Assembly (NCBI GenBank): GCA_963787125.1 | Contig: CAWBBV010000014.1 | Location: forward strand, 57,794 to 121,793 | Direction of reading: 5' to 3' | From: an uncultured delta proteobacterium | GTDB lineage: Bacteria > Desulfobacterota > Desulfuromonadia > Geobacterales > DSM-12255 | DNA: 64,000 bases | Part shown: piece after piece, positions 18,649 through 28,845 of the stretch | Layout: each line of letters opens with the position of its first letter | How positions within the stretch are numbered: the first letter of the stretch is position 1 | The notes under the pieces: model-generated | The model's database searches: none | The model's input: the letters and a program-made list of their open reading frames with translations, nothing else | Told to the model about the DNA's origin: nothing | Program-made: the position numbers and the translations under genes

Positions 18649-20313
18649 TCAGCAAGACTTTGCCGCTTCAATCATCTCTGCCGCATGTTCGCGGCTTTTA
18701 CCGGTCACCGTTATCCCGCCAAGCATACGGGCGATCTCGTCAACCTGCTCTTGAGGAGAAAGCAGCATCAGGGATGTATGAGTGCGGCCAGCTTCAATAT
18801 TCTTGGCAACGAGATAGTGGTGCGTCGCATGGACTGCAACCTGCGGCAGATGAGTGATACAGAGCACCTGCTGTCGGGATGCCACCATTTTCAGCTTCTT
18901 GCCGACCATAGATGAAGTCGCACCGCCTATACCGGTATCGACCTCATCAAACACAAGCGTTGGCACATCACTTTCAGGATGGAGTTGCTTCAGTGCCAGC
19001 ATGATCCGTGACAGTTCACCGCCTGAAGCAATCTTGGCGAGAGGTTTTGGCTCCTCGCCGGGATTAGGTGAAAAAAGGAACTCTACCTTTTCAAAACCCG
19101 ACTCCCGCGGCTCCAACAGAGTCTCGATCCGGAGTGAAAAGGCGGCATGCTTCATTGCCAACTGATGAACCTCAGCCTCAAGTGCCTTGCGCAGCCGTGG
19201 AGCAGCGGCGATCCGCCCGGCAGTGAGCTCGTCCCCTTTTTGTTTCATGAGCTCCTGCAACCGCTGAGACTCTGCATCAAGTTCCCCGCGCGCAAGATCA
19301 ATATTGGACAGGCTCAGTAGTTCAGTCTCAATGGCTTCACAGGTAGCGAGTACAGCTTCAATTGTTTCACCATACTTTTTCTTTAGCGACCGTATAACCT
19401 CAAGCCTGTCCAGAATAGCCTGAAGCCTGAGTGGATCACTCTCCAGCCTGGAAGCATAATCACGTAAAGAGAGCGCCGTATCCTCAAGTTGGATAAACGC
19501 CGATGAGACAGATTCTGCCAGCGACTGGAGAGCGTTGTCGATCAGTGCGGCATCGGTTACGGCTGCCCGAACCTCACCCAAAGCACCCAAAGCCGACTCT
19601 TCGGCTCCATAGAGAAGGTCGTAGGCTGTCTGCGTCTTCAGGATCAGTTTTTCAGAGTGCAGAAGCAGATTACGCTCACGTTCCAGTGTTTCATCTTCAC
19701 CGGGTAAAAGAGCAGCTTTGCGGATTTCGTCAAACTGATAAGCAAGGATATCTTTTTGCCGCGCCGCATCACGGGCGCCGCTTTCCAGGACAGCAATTCT
19801 CTCCCTGACAGTCCGGTATGCACGGTAGTGGGAGTAAAATTCCCGTTTCACACTGTTCAGCAAGGCGTAACTGTCCAGCATTTCAAGATGATTCTCGACC
19901 TTGAGCAGACTCTGGGATTCATGTTGCCCATAGATGTTGATAAGTTTGCAGGCAATTTCTGCAAGAGTTGCAAGGGTAGCCAGTGAGCCGTTGATGAATA
20001 TTCTATTCTTGCCGGAGCGGGAAATAATCCGTTTGAGAAGAAGTTCATCGGCAGCAGCGATCCCTTTTTCAGCCAGAGCTTCGATTATGGCCGTTTCACC
20101 TGAAACATCAAACATTGCTTCAACAGAGGCATCATCAGCGCCGGAGCGGATCAGGTCGACTGAACCGCGACCACCGAGAACAAGGTTGACCGCATCGATA
20201 ATGATGGACTTGCCGGCGCCGGTCTCCCCGGTGAGAATGTTCAACCCCCTGCCAAAGGAGATATGGAGGGAATCTATGATCGCAAAATTATTTATGGAAA
20301 TATCAGTAAGCAT
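18649..20313 (-). CDS. recN: DNA repair protein RecN
   Basis: LTGETGAGKS, ASGGELSR, FDEVDTGIGG, ITHLPQVA. Confidence 0.96.
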   Translation of the reverse strand: MLTDISINNFAIIDSLHISFGRGLNILTGETGAGKSIIIDAVNLVLGGRGSVDLIRSGADDASVEAMFDVSGETAIIEALAEKGIAAADELLLKRIISRSGKNRIFINGSLATLATLAEIACKLINIYGQHESQSLLKVENHLEMLDSYALLNSVKREFYSHYRAYRTVRERIAVLESGARDAARQKDILAYQFDEIRKAALLPGEDETLERERNLLLHSEKLILKTQTAYDLLYGAEESALGALGEVRAAVTDAALIDNALQSLAESVSSAFIQLEDTALSLRDYASRLESDPLRLQAILDRLEVIRSLKKKYGETIEAVLATCEAIETELLSLSNIDLARGELDAESQRLQELMKQKGDELTAGRIAAAPRLRKALEAEVHQLAMKHAAFSLRIETLLEPRESGFEKVEFLFSPNPGEEPKPLAKIASGGELSRIMLALKQLHPESDVPTLVFDEVDTGIGGATSSMVGKKLKMVASRQQVLCITHLPQVAVHATHHYLVAKNIEAGRTHTSLMLLSPQEQVDEIARMLGGITVTGKSREHAAEMIEAAKSC

Positions 20314-20332
20314 TTTTTAGTAGCCAAAGAGA

Positions 20333-21187
20333 CTATCGCTCCCCCCATTTGAGTTTTGTCCGGAGCACAGCAAAGTAGTCACGCTCTTTCGACATGATCA
20401 ATTTTGCCGTATGACTTGCCCTGCTGACCCTGATCGTATCACCGGAGCGCAGCTCCAGACCAACCTGACCATCGAGAGTCAGATAGATATCTTCATCATC
20501 GAGGGAGTTCACCGTAACTTCTACATTTGAATCATCATTAATAACCAGCGGTCTGTTTGTCAGGGTATGCGGACATATCGGCGTAATCACAATGCAGTTC
20601 ATGGAAGGATTGATTATCGGACCTCCGGCAGAAAGTGAATAACCGGTAGAACCTGTTGGCGTGCTGATGATAAGACCGTCGGCCTTGAAAGTTGTCAGAT
20701 CGAACGAGTTTACCTTTGTCTTCAGGTCAACGATCCGGGCAAGCGCCCCCTTATTGATAACAACATCATTGAGCACCAGATGTGAAGCCATCTCCCGGCC
20801 GTCTCTCTCCACCACAGCCCGCAGCATGATACGCTCCGAAACCCGGAAATCGCCGCGCAGGCATTTCTCCAGAGCAGGGTAAAGTTCATCAAGTGCGATT
20901 TCAGTCAAAAAACCAAGGCTGCCTAGATTGACACCCAGTATCGGAATATCGCGCTCACCGATTATCCTGGCGGTGGAGATGAGTGTACCGTCACCACCGA
21001 GAACAACAACCATTTCAGCACGTGAAGGGATATCCTCGGCGGCAACTCCCGGACAAGGAAGATGTCTGGCGAGATGCGCTTCGATCAAAGGCTCACAGCC
21101 GCGCTCAAGCAGCCAGCTGTAAAGCTCGCCGGCAACACCCTGACAGCGTGGATCGTGCACTTTTGCAAAAACAGCAATTTTTTTCAT
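20333..21187 (-). CDS. nadK: NAD+ kinase
   Basis: GGDGT, LNDVVI, STPTGSTGYSLSAGGP. Confidence 0.95.
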   Translation of the reverse strand: MKKIAVFAKVHDPRCQGVAGELYSWLLERGCEPLIEAHLARHLPCPGVAAEDIPSRAEMVVVLGGDGTLISTARIIGERDIPILGVNLGSLGFLTEIALDELYPALEKCLRGDFRVSERIMLRAVVERDGREMASHLVLNDVVINKGALARIVDLKTKVNSFDLTTFKADGLIISTPTGSTGYSLSAGGPIINPSMNCIVITPICPHTLTNRPLVINDDSNVEVTVNSLDDEDIYLTLDGQVGLELRSGDTIRVSRASHTAKLIMSKERDYFAVLRTKLKWGER

Positions 21188-21265
21188 CCGGGCGGCCCTC
21201 TGAAAAAGGTACAGGCTAAACTACGTTTTTACATCATAGAACCCTCTAAATCCATAGAATTTTGT

Positions 21266-22024
21266 TTACAGCTCCCGATGTATCATGAACGGCCCCCAGG
21301 TTTGATCAACACACATAATTTCCAAAGTATTAACATTGACATGTGCAGGCCTGTTGACAACCCAGGCCACTGTCTCGGCAATGTCTCCGGCTGTCAGCGG
21401 TTTGGTGCCGTTGTAAACTCCGGCAGCCTTGTCAGCATCCCCTTTGAAACGCACCTGTGAAAACTCGGTTTCCGCCATACCGGGTTGAATACAGGTGACC
21501 CGCACCTGTGTTCCGAAGAGATCACAACGCAGATTGCGCGAAAACTGGGTGACGAATGCTTTCGTACCGCCGTAGACATTGCCGCCCGGATAAGGCCAGT
21601 CACTGGCAGTAGAGCTGATATTAATGATATGCCCCCGGTTACGGGCCACCATCCCCGGTAGAACCAGCCGGGTACAGTACATCAGCCCCTTGATATTGGT
21701 ATCCACCATAATTTCCCAATCATTCAGGTCGACCTTATGAGCCGGATCAAGCCCGAGAGCCAGCCCGGCGTTGTTTATTAACACATCGATGTCGCGGTAG
21801 CGCTCCGGCAGAGACTCTATCGCCCCCTGCACCGCTTCGCGATCACAGACATCAAGCGGGATGATATGTACTTCACAAATAGTTGACAATTCATCCTGCA
21901 GCTTAATCAGTGGATCGATACGCCGGGCTGTCAGAATCAGCCGATTGCCGGGCAGAGCAAAAATACGGGCGCAGGCTGCGCCGAAACCGGCCGATGCACC
22001 GGTGATGAAGATTGTTTGAGACAT
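21266..22024 (-). CDS. SDR family oxidoreductase (YdfG-like)
   Basis: TGASAGFG, NNAGLALG, YGGTK; start at MSQTIF. Confidence 0.9.
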   Translation of the reverse strand: MSQTIFITGASAGFGAACARIFALPGNRLILTARRIDPLIKLQDELSTICEVHIIPLDVCDREAVQGAIESLPERYRDIDVLINNAGLALGLDPAHKVDLNDWEIMVDTNIKGLMYCTRLVLPGMVARNRGHIINISSTASDWPYPGGNVYGGTKAFVTQFSRNLRCDLFGTQVRVTCIQPGMAETEFSQVRFKGDADKAAGVYNGTKPLTAGDIAETVAWVVNRPAHVNVNTLEIMCVDQTWGPFMIHREL

Positions 22025-22176
22025 GCGAAATACCCCCTTAAGAGATGAAATTTTCCGGTAGCTGACCGATTTGGACTGTCTTACATTTGATGTTTTGAAA
22101 AGTAACAGAAAAAGTGATAAGTAAAGAGTATCAACAAATGGCTTTGTCACAAAACAATTAATTCAAGGAGAAAACA

Positions 22177-22491
22177 GTGTCCGAATTCAGTGGTGTAACC
22201 GTCGTAAAAAAAGCGAATATCTACTTTGATGGCAATGTTGCCAGTCATACAGTTCTTTTTGCCGACGGCAGTAAAAAGACGCTCGGCGTTATGCAGCCGG
22301 GTGAGTATGAGTTCTCCACCGCAAAAGCGGAAATAATGGAGATACTCTCTGGTGAGCTTGATCTCCTTCTACCCGGAAGCAGCGAATGGCAAATTGTCAA
22401 AGGTGGCGAATCATTCAACGTCCCGGCTAATTCAAGCTTCACGATGAAAGTAAAGTCGGTTTCGGACTACTGCTGCTCGTTTATCGATTAA
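22177..22491 (+). CDS. ppnP: Pyrimidine/purine nucleoside phosphorylase (DUF1255)
   Basis: KANIYFDG, KTLGVMQPGEYEF, DYCCSF. Confidence 0.88.
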   Translation: MSEFSGVTVVKKANIYFDGNVASHTVLFADGSKKTLGVMQPGEYEFSTAKAEIMEILSGELDLLLPGSSEWQIVKGGESFNVPANSSFTMKVKSVSDYCCSFID

Positions 22492-22501
22492 AAGCCCCCC
22501 A

Positions 22502-23422
22502 ATGGACAGAATCACAGGTAGATTTGCACCTTCACCTACCGGGCCACTGCATTACGGCTCGCTGGTTGCGGCCGTCGGCAGTTGGCTTTTTGCCAGAAGT
22601 GCCGGTGGGCGCTGGCTGCTGCGGATTGACGATCTCGACAGTCAGCGCGTAGTTCCGGGGATGGCTGACGACATCATGAAAACACTGGAACAGCTCGGCT
22701 TCGAGTGGGACGCTGCACCTGTCTGGCAAAGCCGGCAGACTGAAATATATGCTGCGGCGCTCACCGCTCTCCAACTAAATGATGCGGTATACCCTTGCAG
22801 CTGTTCAAGAGCTGAAATAGCCCGGATTGCGACTGCGCCCCATGGAGCTGAAGAGCTGATTTACCCCGGCAGCTGCAGAACCGGTATTCACGAAGGGAGA
22901 GAGGCTCGCTCCATCAGGGTGAAGGTTACTGCTGAAGAGGTCTGCTTTGATGATGGCGTCGTCGGCCGATTTGGGCAGAATCTCCAGGAGACATGTGGTG
23001 ATTTTGTGATCAAAAGGGCAGACGGGCTTTTCGCCTACCATCTGGCAACGGTTGTCGATGATGCTGCTGCCGGCGTTAATCAGGTTGTCAGGGGTGCTGA
23101 CCTGATCGCCTCTACTCCGCGGCAGATATTTCTTCAGCGACTGCTGGGCCTGGAGCAGCCGCACTACTGTCACCTCCCCCTGGTAACTGATACGTCAGGA
23201 GCAAAGCTCAGCAAACGCGATTGTGCAATTTCGATAAAATCCGGCCGGGATCTGCACAGAGATGGTGCGTCCCTGCTCCTTGAGGCTCTTGCATTTCTGG
23301 GTCAGAATATTTCCTCCCTTGAGCCAAAATCACCACCAGCCGGAATCCTGAATCAGGCCGTTAAAATTTTCGAGCCAACAGCAATCCCAACTGTTCCCGG
23401 CTCATTCCGGAGTCTTACTTGA
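22502..23422 (+). CDS. gluQ: Glutamyl-Q tRNA(Asp) synthetase
   Basis: GRFAPSPTGPLH.GS, KLSKR, no anticodon-binding domain. Confidence 0.9.
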   Translation: MDRITGRFAPSPTGPLHYGSLVAAVGSWLFARSAGGRWLLRIDDLDSQRVVPGMADDIMKTLEQLGFEWDAAPVWQSRQTEIYAAALTALQLNDAVYPCSCSRAEIARIATAPHGAEELIYPGSCRTGIHEGREARSIRVKVTAEEVCFDDGVVGRFGQNLQETCGDFVIKRADGLFAYHLATVVDDAAAGVNQVVRGADLIASTPRQIFLQRLLGLEQPHYCHLPLVTDTSGAKLSKRDCAISIKSGRDLHRDGASLLLEALAFLGQNISSLEPKSPPAGILNQAVKIFEPTAIPTVPGSFRSLT

Positions 23423-24162
23423 AAATTCTTATTACCAACGATGACGGCATTGACGCTCCCGGCATAAGGGCGCTCGCAGCCGCTCTTGCTACGGTTGCCG
23501 AAATAGCTGTTGTAGCACCGGACCGGGAGCGGAGCGCTGTCTCCCATTCACTGACGCTGCATCACCCGCTGAGAGCAATTCAACAGGCACCAGGGCGTTA
23601 CTCGGTAGACGGCACCCCCACTGACTGCGTTAATCTCGGCATTCACAGCCTCCTTGATTTTCATCCCGATCTGGTCGTCTCAGGGATAAACCGTGGCGCA
23701 AATCTTGGCGATGATGTTACCTATTCAGGAACAGTTGCTGCGGCGCTTGAGGCAACACTCATGGGGATTCCTGCTTTTGCGATTTCTCTTACCAGTCAGG
23801 AAGATAATGCCGACTACGCCAATGCCGCCAGCTTTGCCGCCAGATTGGCAATCACCTTGAGTAAGAACGGTCTGCCCAAAGACACTTTTCTGAATGTGAA
23901 TGTCCCTGACTACTCTGAAACACTCTCTTTACCACCGCTGGTGACAACCCAGGGCAAAAGGCGCTACGAAGGGACAATTGTCGACAAGGTCGACCCCCGG
24001 GGGCGCTCCTACTACTGGATAGGGACGGCTGATCTTGATTTTCACGATATTGAGGGCTCTGACTTCGCCGCCGTTAAGCGTGGTCATATTTCCATCACGC
24101 CACTGCACCTTGATATGACTAACCACCGATCAATTGCCCTCCTCAATAGCTGGACTTTTTAA
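23419..24162 (+). CDS. surE: 5'/3'-nucleotidase SurE
   Basis: ILITNDDG, GTPTDCV, YSGTV. Confidence 0.96.
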   Translation: MKILITNDDGIDAPGIRALAAALATVAEIAVVAPDRERSAVSHSLTLHHPLRAIQQAPGRYSVDGTPTDCVNLGIHSLLDFHPDLVVSGINRGANLGDDVTYSGTVAAALEATLMGIPAFAISLTSQEDNADYANAASFAARLAITLSKNGLPKDTFLNVNVPDYSETLSLPPLVTTQGKRRYEGTIVDKVDPRGRSYYWIGTADLDFHDIEGSDFAAVKRGHISITPLHLDMTNHRSIALLNSWTF

Positions 24163-24209
24163 CCCGCTTTTGTTATAAACGGCGATCCTTACATGGTTAA
24201 TGGCGGTTT

Positions 24210-24860
24210 ATGAATTTTGATATATCAAGAAAACGGATGGTTGATACACAGATCATTGCCAAGGGAATCACTGATCGCCGGGTGATTGACTCCATGCTTA
24301 AACTGCCCCGCCACCTGTTCGTTCAGGAAGCCATGGCCGCTCAGGCATACAACGACACTTCTCTTCCCATAGGCGATAAGCAGACAATTTCGCAGCCGTA
24401 CATGGTTGCGCTGATGACGCAAATGCTGGAGCTTGGCGGGAGCGAACGTGTTCTGGAAATAGGAACCGGTTCCGGTTATCAGGCCGCACTCCTGTCACAT
24501 CTGGCAGCGCGTGTCTATACCATTGAAAGAATCCCGTCACTTGCAGCAAAAGCCAGGAAGCTTTTCGATTCTTTAGGTTTGACCAATATTTCCATGAAAA
24601 TTGATGACGGCTCGGTCGGTTGGCCTGCTGAAGCCCCTTTTGACGCGATCATTGTGACTGCCGGAGCTCCTGAAATCCCCCAGGCACTTATTGAGCAGCT
24701 TGCACCTGCCGGACGGCTTTTGGTCCCTGTTGGCGATCAGACTTCGCAACTGCTTGCTTTTGTAAAGAAATCGTCGGATGGCAGCTTCACTGTAGACAAA
24801 TCGACTCCCTGCCGTTTTGTAAAATTGATAGGAAGCGAAGGCTGGAGTCTATCCAGCTGA
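24210..24860 (+). CDS. pcm: Protein-L-isoaspartate O-methyltransferase
   Basis: [28 protein letters not shown]. Confidence 0.95.
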   Translation: MNFDISRKRMVDTQIIAKGITDRRVIDSMLKLPRHLFVQEAMAAQAYNDTSLPIGDKQTISQPYMVALMTQMLELGGSERVLEIGTGSGYQAALLSHLAARVYTIERIPSLAAKARKLFDSLGLTNISMKIDDGSVGWPAEAPFDAIIVTAGAPEIPQALIEQLAPAGRLLVPVGDQTSQLLAFVKKSSDGSFTVDKSTPCRFVKLIGSEGWSLSS

Positions 24861-24886
24861 TCTTTTTAATTCCGGAGCAGTTAATA

Positions 24887-25852
24887 ATGATTAAAGACAA
24901 CCTGGATGAAGAGTTTGAGATCATGGCAACCGATGAACAGAGCGACGAAGCTCTGCTTGAACCTGATGGTGATGCTCTGCTTGCCGAAGAGGCGCAGGAA
25001 CCGGATATAGAGGAGCTGAAAACTCCGGATGACGATGAATACTTTGATGATGCGATCAAACTCTACTTAAGGGATATTCAAAAAACCAAACTCCTGACGG
25101 CAGCTGATGAAAGAGAACTTGCAACCAGGATTTTGACCGGCGACAAAGCTGCTCGCGACAGGATGATAGAGTCAAATCTGAGGCTTGTAGTTAAAATTGC
25201 CAAGCGTTATATAAACCGTGGCCTTCCGTTTCTGGATCTGATTGAAGAGGGTAATCTCGGACTGATAAAGGCCGTGGAGCGATTTAAAATTTCGAAGGAG
25301 TGCCGTTTTTCGACCTATGCAACCTGGTGGATACGTCAATCTATTGAAAGAGCGCTTGTCAATCAATCCAGAACGATCAGGCTCCCTGTTCATGTTTCAG
25401 ACGACATCAACAAAATGCTGCGAATCTCCCGAGAGCAGATGCATAAGATGAATCATGAGCCATCCGTTGAAGAGATCGCCGCAGCCATGAACGTTGAACC
25501 GGCTCATGTTAGACGCCTGATGACGCTACTGAAAAAAACCTATTCAATAGAGCGGCCTATGGGTGAGAATAACGATTATTTCCTGAGCGATACGATTGAG
25601 GATACTTCCAATGTTTCGCCTGTGGATCTTCTTGATAATCTTAACAGGTATGCTCATGTTTCAGAGTGGTTTGAGACTCTGTCAGAAACAGAAAAGAGTA
25701 TTCTGACTTTGCGCTTTGGTCTTGAAGATGCTGACCCACAAACTCTTGACACTATCGGCAAGCAGTTTGGCGTAACCAGAGAACGTATCAGGCAGATTGA
25801 ATCAAAAGCGCTTGAAAAGCTGCGAAAAGTTAGAGCTGTAGTTGAAAAATAA
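24887..25852 (+). CDS. rpoS: RNA polymerase sigma factor RpoS
   Basis: Sigma70 regions 2-4 ([28 protein letters not shown]); surE-pcm context. Confidence 0.88.
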   Translation: MIKDNLDEEFEIMATDEQSDEALLEPDGDALLAEEAQEPDIEELKTPDDDEYFDDAIKLYLRDIQKTKLLTAADERELATRILTGDKAARDRMIESNLRLVVKIAKRYINRGLPFLDLIEEGNLGLIKAVERFKISKECRFSTYATWWIRQSIERALVNQSRTIRLPVHVSDDINKMLRISREQMHKMNHEPSVEEIAAAMNVEPAHVRRLMTLLKKTYSIERPMGENNDYFLSDTIEDTSNVSPVDLLDNLNRYAHVSEWFETLSETEKSILTLRFGLEDADPQTLDTIGKQFGVTRERIRQIESKALEKLRKVRAVVEK

Positions 25853-25880
25853 CAAAAGTAAATGGATGGAGGGCGACTGC

Positions 25881-26396
25881 ATGCAAGAATTAAAAGATAT
25901 CATCAGAGATGTAAATGACTTTCCTAAAAAAGGTATCGTATTCAAAGACATAACAACTCTTTTGGCCGATGCCAAATCTTACCAACAGATGATAGACCTT
26001 CTTGCGCATCGCTACATCGGTAAAAAAATCGACAAGGTAGTGGGAGTGGAAGCCAGGGGCTTTATCATCGGAGCTGCGCTGGCATACAAACTCGGCGCCG
26101 GAGTTGTTCTGGTAAGAAAACCCGGGAAACTACCTTTTTCGACCTTCAAGAAAACCTACGAGCTCGAATATGGCACTGATACGCTTGAGATCCATACGGA
26201 TGCAATAAAACCGGGAGAGAATATTCTTATAGCTGACGATGTTCTCGCGACCGGTGGAACTATGGGCGCCGTTGTTGATATGGTAACAAGCCTTGGTGGG
26301 AATATCCATGAATGCTGCTTTATGGCAGAGATTGAATTTCTGAAGGGTAAGGCTAAGCTCCCGGAAGGCAAGGTTTTTTCACTACTAAAATTCTAA
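25881..26396 (+). CDS. apt: Adenine phosphoribosyltransferase
   Basis: [29 protein letters not shown]. Confidence 0.96.
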   Translation: MQELKDIIRDVNDFPKKGIVFKDITTLLADAKSYQQMIDLLAHRYIGKKIDKVVGVEARGFIIGAALAYKLGAGVVLVRKPGKLPFSTFKKTYELEYGTDTLEIHTDAIKPGENILIADDVLATGGTMGAVVDMVTSLGGNIHECCFMAEIEFLKGKAKLPEGKVFSLLKF

Positions 26397-26473
26397 GTTA
26401 ACTGGAATATGCTGTCGGCTCGGGGTGAAATCCGTTGCTTTTTACCCATGGCTGGTGTATTTATTTAAATTCT

Positions 26474-26550
26474 GTCCCCGTAGCTCAGCAGGATAGAGCA
26501 CTTCCCTCCTAAGGAAGGGGCCGGTCGTTCGAATCGACTCGGGGACGCCA
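26474..26550 (+). tRNA. tRNA-Arg(CCT)
   Basis: GTCCCCGTAGCTCAGCAGGATAGAGCA, CTTCC-CTCCTAA-GGAAG anticodon arm, GTTCGAATC, GGGGACGCCA; followed by hairpin GGGTTGCA..TGCAACCC-T5. Confidence 0.97.
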
Positions 26551-26748
26551 ATAAAAACAGAGGGTTGCAGAGGTTTTGCAACCCTTTTTGTTTGCCTGAA
26601 ATCGCAACAGCAACCTCTATGGCAACCTCTGATGTTTTGTAATGCTTTTGTCTGTTTGCATAAGAAAAGGGGCTGGATGTATGGTCCATGCCCCTTTCCA
26701 TGTTTACAGCACTCGACGTCGTCGCCTGTTCTGATTATTTCTCCAGCA

Positions 26749-27171
26749 TCATTGCGTTGACAGCTGTTCCTCTCTCAATTCCTCAAGAAGACCCGGATGG
26801 TGATCCAGTAACCGGAACAGGTTGAGAACTGCCTGAACAGGTTTTGTTTCACCGCGCTCATATCTTGAAAAGGCATTGTGCCCGCCACCTGCAATTCGAG
26901 CTGCCTCCTGTTGGGTCAGCTTCAGCTTTTTCCGGATTCGAGCCAACTCTGCCGCTTCATTTTTATCGATCTGGTCGCGAAATGATTTCCAGGCAGCTTC
27001 CTCATTCTCATCATGAACCGGAAAACCGTCATGGCAATGATCGCAGAACGCACCGGTAACCCCATAGTTGTAGTGTTGGCCGCGGTACTCCATTGACTTT
27101 TGTTGATTACCGTCATGAAGAATCCCCTCTGCACAGAGAGGACACGATTTGTTATCCCATTTGGTAGTCAT
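26749..27171 (-). CDS. mqsA: MqsA family antitoxin
   Basis: CPLC...CDHC zinc finger plus HTH with GGGHNAFSRYERG. Confidence 0.92.
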   Translation of the reverse strand: MTTKWDNKSCPLCAEGILHDGNQQKSMEYRGQHYNYGVTGAFCDHCHDGFPVHDENEEAAWKSFRDQIDKNEAAELARIRKKLKLTQQEAARIAGGGHNAFSRYERGETKPVQAVLNLFRLLDHHPGLLEELREEQLSTQ

Positions 27172-27172
27172 T

Positions 27173-27472
27173 TTAGCGCTCCTTGAACGATACTATGAAA
27201 TATTCCCCAGCTTGCTGGAACTTCACGTACAGTTGTTTTCCCCGCCATTCCGCATGATAGACATCCTGCCAAATCTTATGACTTTTATGGGTGGTCATGC
27301 TTTTGTAAAAACTGGCATGCGACAGACTGCGAACGACCTCAAGAGCCTCCGTCTTTATCATGCCGGCTCCCCTGATACCCTCAACAGCTGAAAGGGTAAG
27401 GTTCATCGCCTCGACAGATATCATCTGGGCAATGATCGCCTTGAAGTCATAATGTGGCCGACGTTTTTCCAT
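27173..27472 (-). CDS. mqsR: MqsR family mRNA interferase toxin
   Basis: MEKRRPHY, FYKSMTT, WQDVY, IVSFKE. Confidence 0.92.
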   Translation of the reverse strand: MEKRRPHYDFKAIIAQMISVEAMNLTLSAVEGIRGAGMIKTEALEVVRSLSHASFYKSMTTHKSHKIWQDVYHAEWRGKQLYVKFQQAGEYFIVSFKER

Positions 27473-27482
27473 ACTCAATAAA

Positions 27483-27499
27483 TAACCCTATTAGGGTAA
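27483..27499. promoter_or_regulatory. MqsA-type operator palindrome
   Basis: TAACCCTA-T-TAGGGTAA just upstream of mqsR; resembles the E. coli TAACCTTTTAGGTTA site. Confidence 0.7.
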
Positions 27500-27553
27500 T
27501 TTAGCAACCATAATTTGCTTGGTGGCATGTAGGGCACCATTTTTGGGGTACCT

Positions 27554-27769
27554 TTAGTACCCTAAAAAGCATCCAAAATATCTCCTGACAGCATGACTAC
27601 TTGACGACATGTCCCTCACTATCCGCTCGGCCATCGGTAGCTGCTTTGCTCCGTATGGACAAGGAAATATATAACCCTTGTAAATTTCCTTGCCGGTCTC
27701 TGTGTCAAAAGTCTTGATCGCTTCGATCAATTCAAGAGCCGTGTCGATCAAATATACACGGTACGTCAT
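27554..27769 (-). pseudogene. Probable tyrosine integrase internal fragment
   Basis: YRVYLIDTALELI...KGYIFPCP...AVRR resembles the integrase segment between box I and HxxR; no catalytic motifs remain. Confidence 0.45.
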
Positions 27770-27863
27770 GTGCGGAACCTGATGAAAGCTACTTTGGAAT
27801 GATGCTGATTTACTTCAAAACTAGAAGCCATTCGCTATGAAATTTTAAAAACCCGAAAATACA

Positions 27864-27895
27864 AAAGCGCGACTGTCAATTGACCGTCGCGCTTT
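27864..27895 (-). terminator. Intrinsic terminator
   Basis: AAAGCGCGAC...GTCGCGCTTT downstream of 27920-28498. Confidence 0.75.
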
Positions 27896-27919
27896 CATGT
27901 AAATTATAGAAATGGGTAA

Positions 27920-28498
27920 TCAGCGTTTTACAAAGGTAAATGTCGCATCGGAAAGATAAACGGCCTTGTGGACGTCATCACGTTTGAGTGCAAGACTGTC
28001 GCCCATATCCTGCACCGAAACGCCTTCACGCATGAACTGGGTCTTGCCGACTACCAAGTGGATCTTGTGCTCTCCCGCACTCATACTATCCCAAACGTCC
28101 TCCTTGAAATCGGCAGGGTAATCCTTAGTGTTATATACGTATATCAACGTCTGATCCTTATCGGCCGATATGTCCTTGTTGGTGAAGCCAAGCCGTTTTG
28201 CGTGACTACCGTCGATCCAGATATCGATAAACCCTTCTTCTTCTCCCTTGAGTTGACCCATTTTAGTGGGAAAATAAGCTCGCGCATAGATGCTCTCAGT
28301 ATCGTCAAATTTTGTTTTGAGGATTGATTTGCTCTCGGCACCTTTTTTGATATTGGTATCAGAGAAGACCATGTTTCCAGTGCGATCCTTGTTCAATTTC
28401 TTGTACTTTGAATCAGCACCGTATGACGAGACAGCCAAAGTTAACAAAGCGGTTGTAATGAGTGCAGCAACTTTCAATGTTTTTGTGAAGCTAATCAT
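27920..28498 (-). CDS. Exported hypothetical protein
   Basis: Signal peptide, AGGAGG RBS, own terminator; no family recognised. Confidence 0.75.
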   Translation of the reverse strand: MISFTKTLKVAALITTALLTLAVSSYGADSKYKKLNKDRTGNMVFSDTNIKKGAESKSILKTKFDDTESIYARAYFPTKMGQLKGEEEGFIDIWIDGSHAKRLGFTNKDISADKDQTLIYVYNTKDYPADFKEDVWDSMSAGEHKIHLVVGKTQFMREGVSVQDMGDSLALKRDDVHKAVYLSDATFTFVKR

Positions 28499-28845
28499 AG
28501 CACCTCCTAGGATGGGGTTGAGATGCCAAGCCGGGGAAATGCGTACACATTTAGCATATCTGTTTAATTAGATTGAGCGATAAAAATGAGAATGTAAATG
28601 TATCAGCGGTTTTCATGTTGTCAAGAGTACCAGGTAACCTCGGCCTTGTTTTGACGGATTTTGCTGCCTAAAAGTGCGGCTGAAGAAGTTATAACGCTGA
28701 TGTGTCATGTCTGTTGCAAGATGGTTCAGGCTGGCGCCGAGACTTTTTGATGGCCTTGATTTCCTTATAACCATGATCAATTTCACTATCTTCATCAAGC
28801 ACTTTGCCTCTCTACTTCGCCAATATCTAAGAGGTAACATACGTA

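Noticed and set aside
23419..26396. Absence of nlpD between pcm and rpoS
   Set aside because: surE-pcm-rpoS-apt is the usual Geobacter arrangement as I recall it
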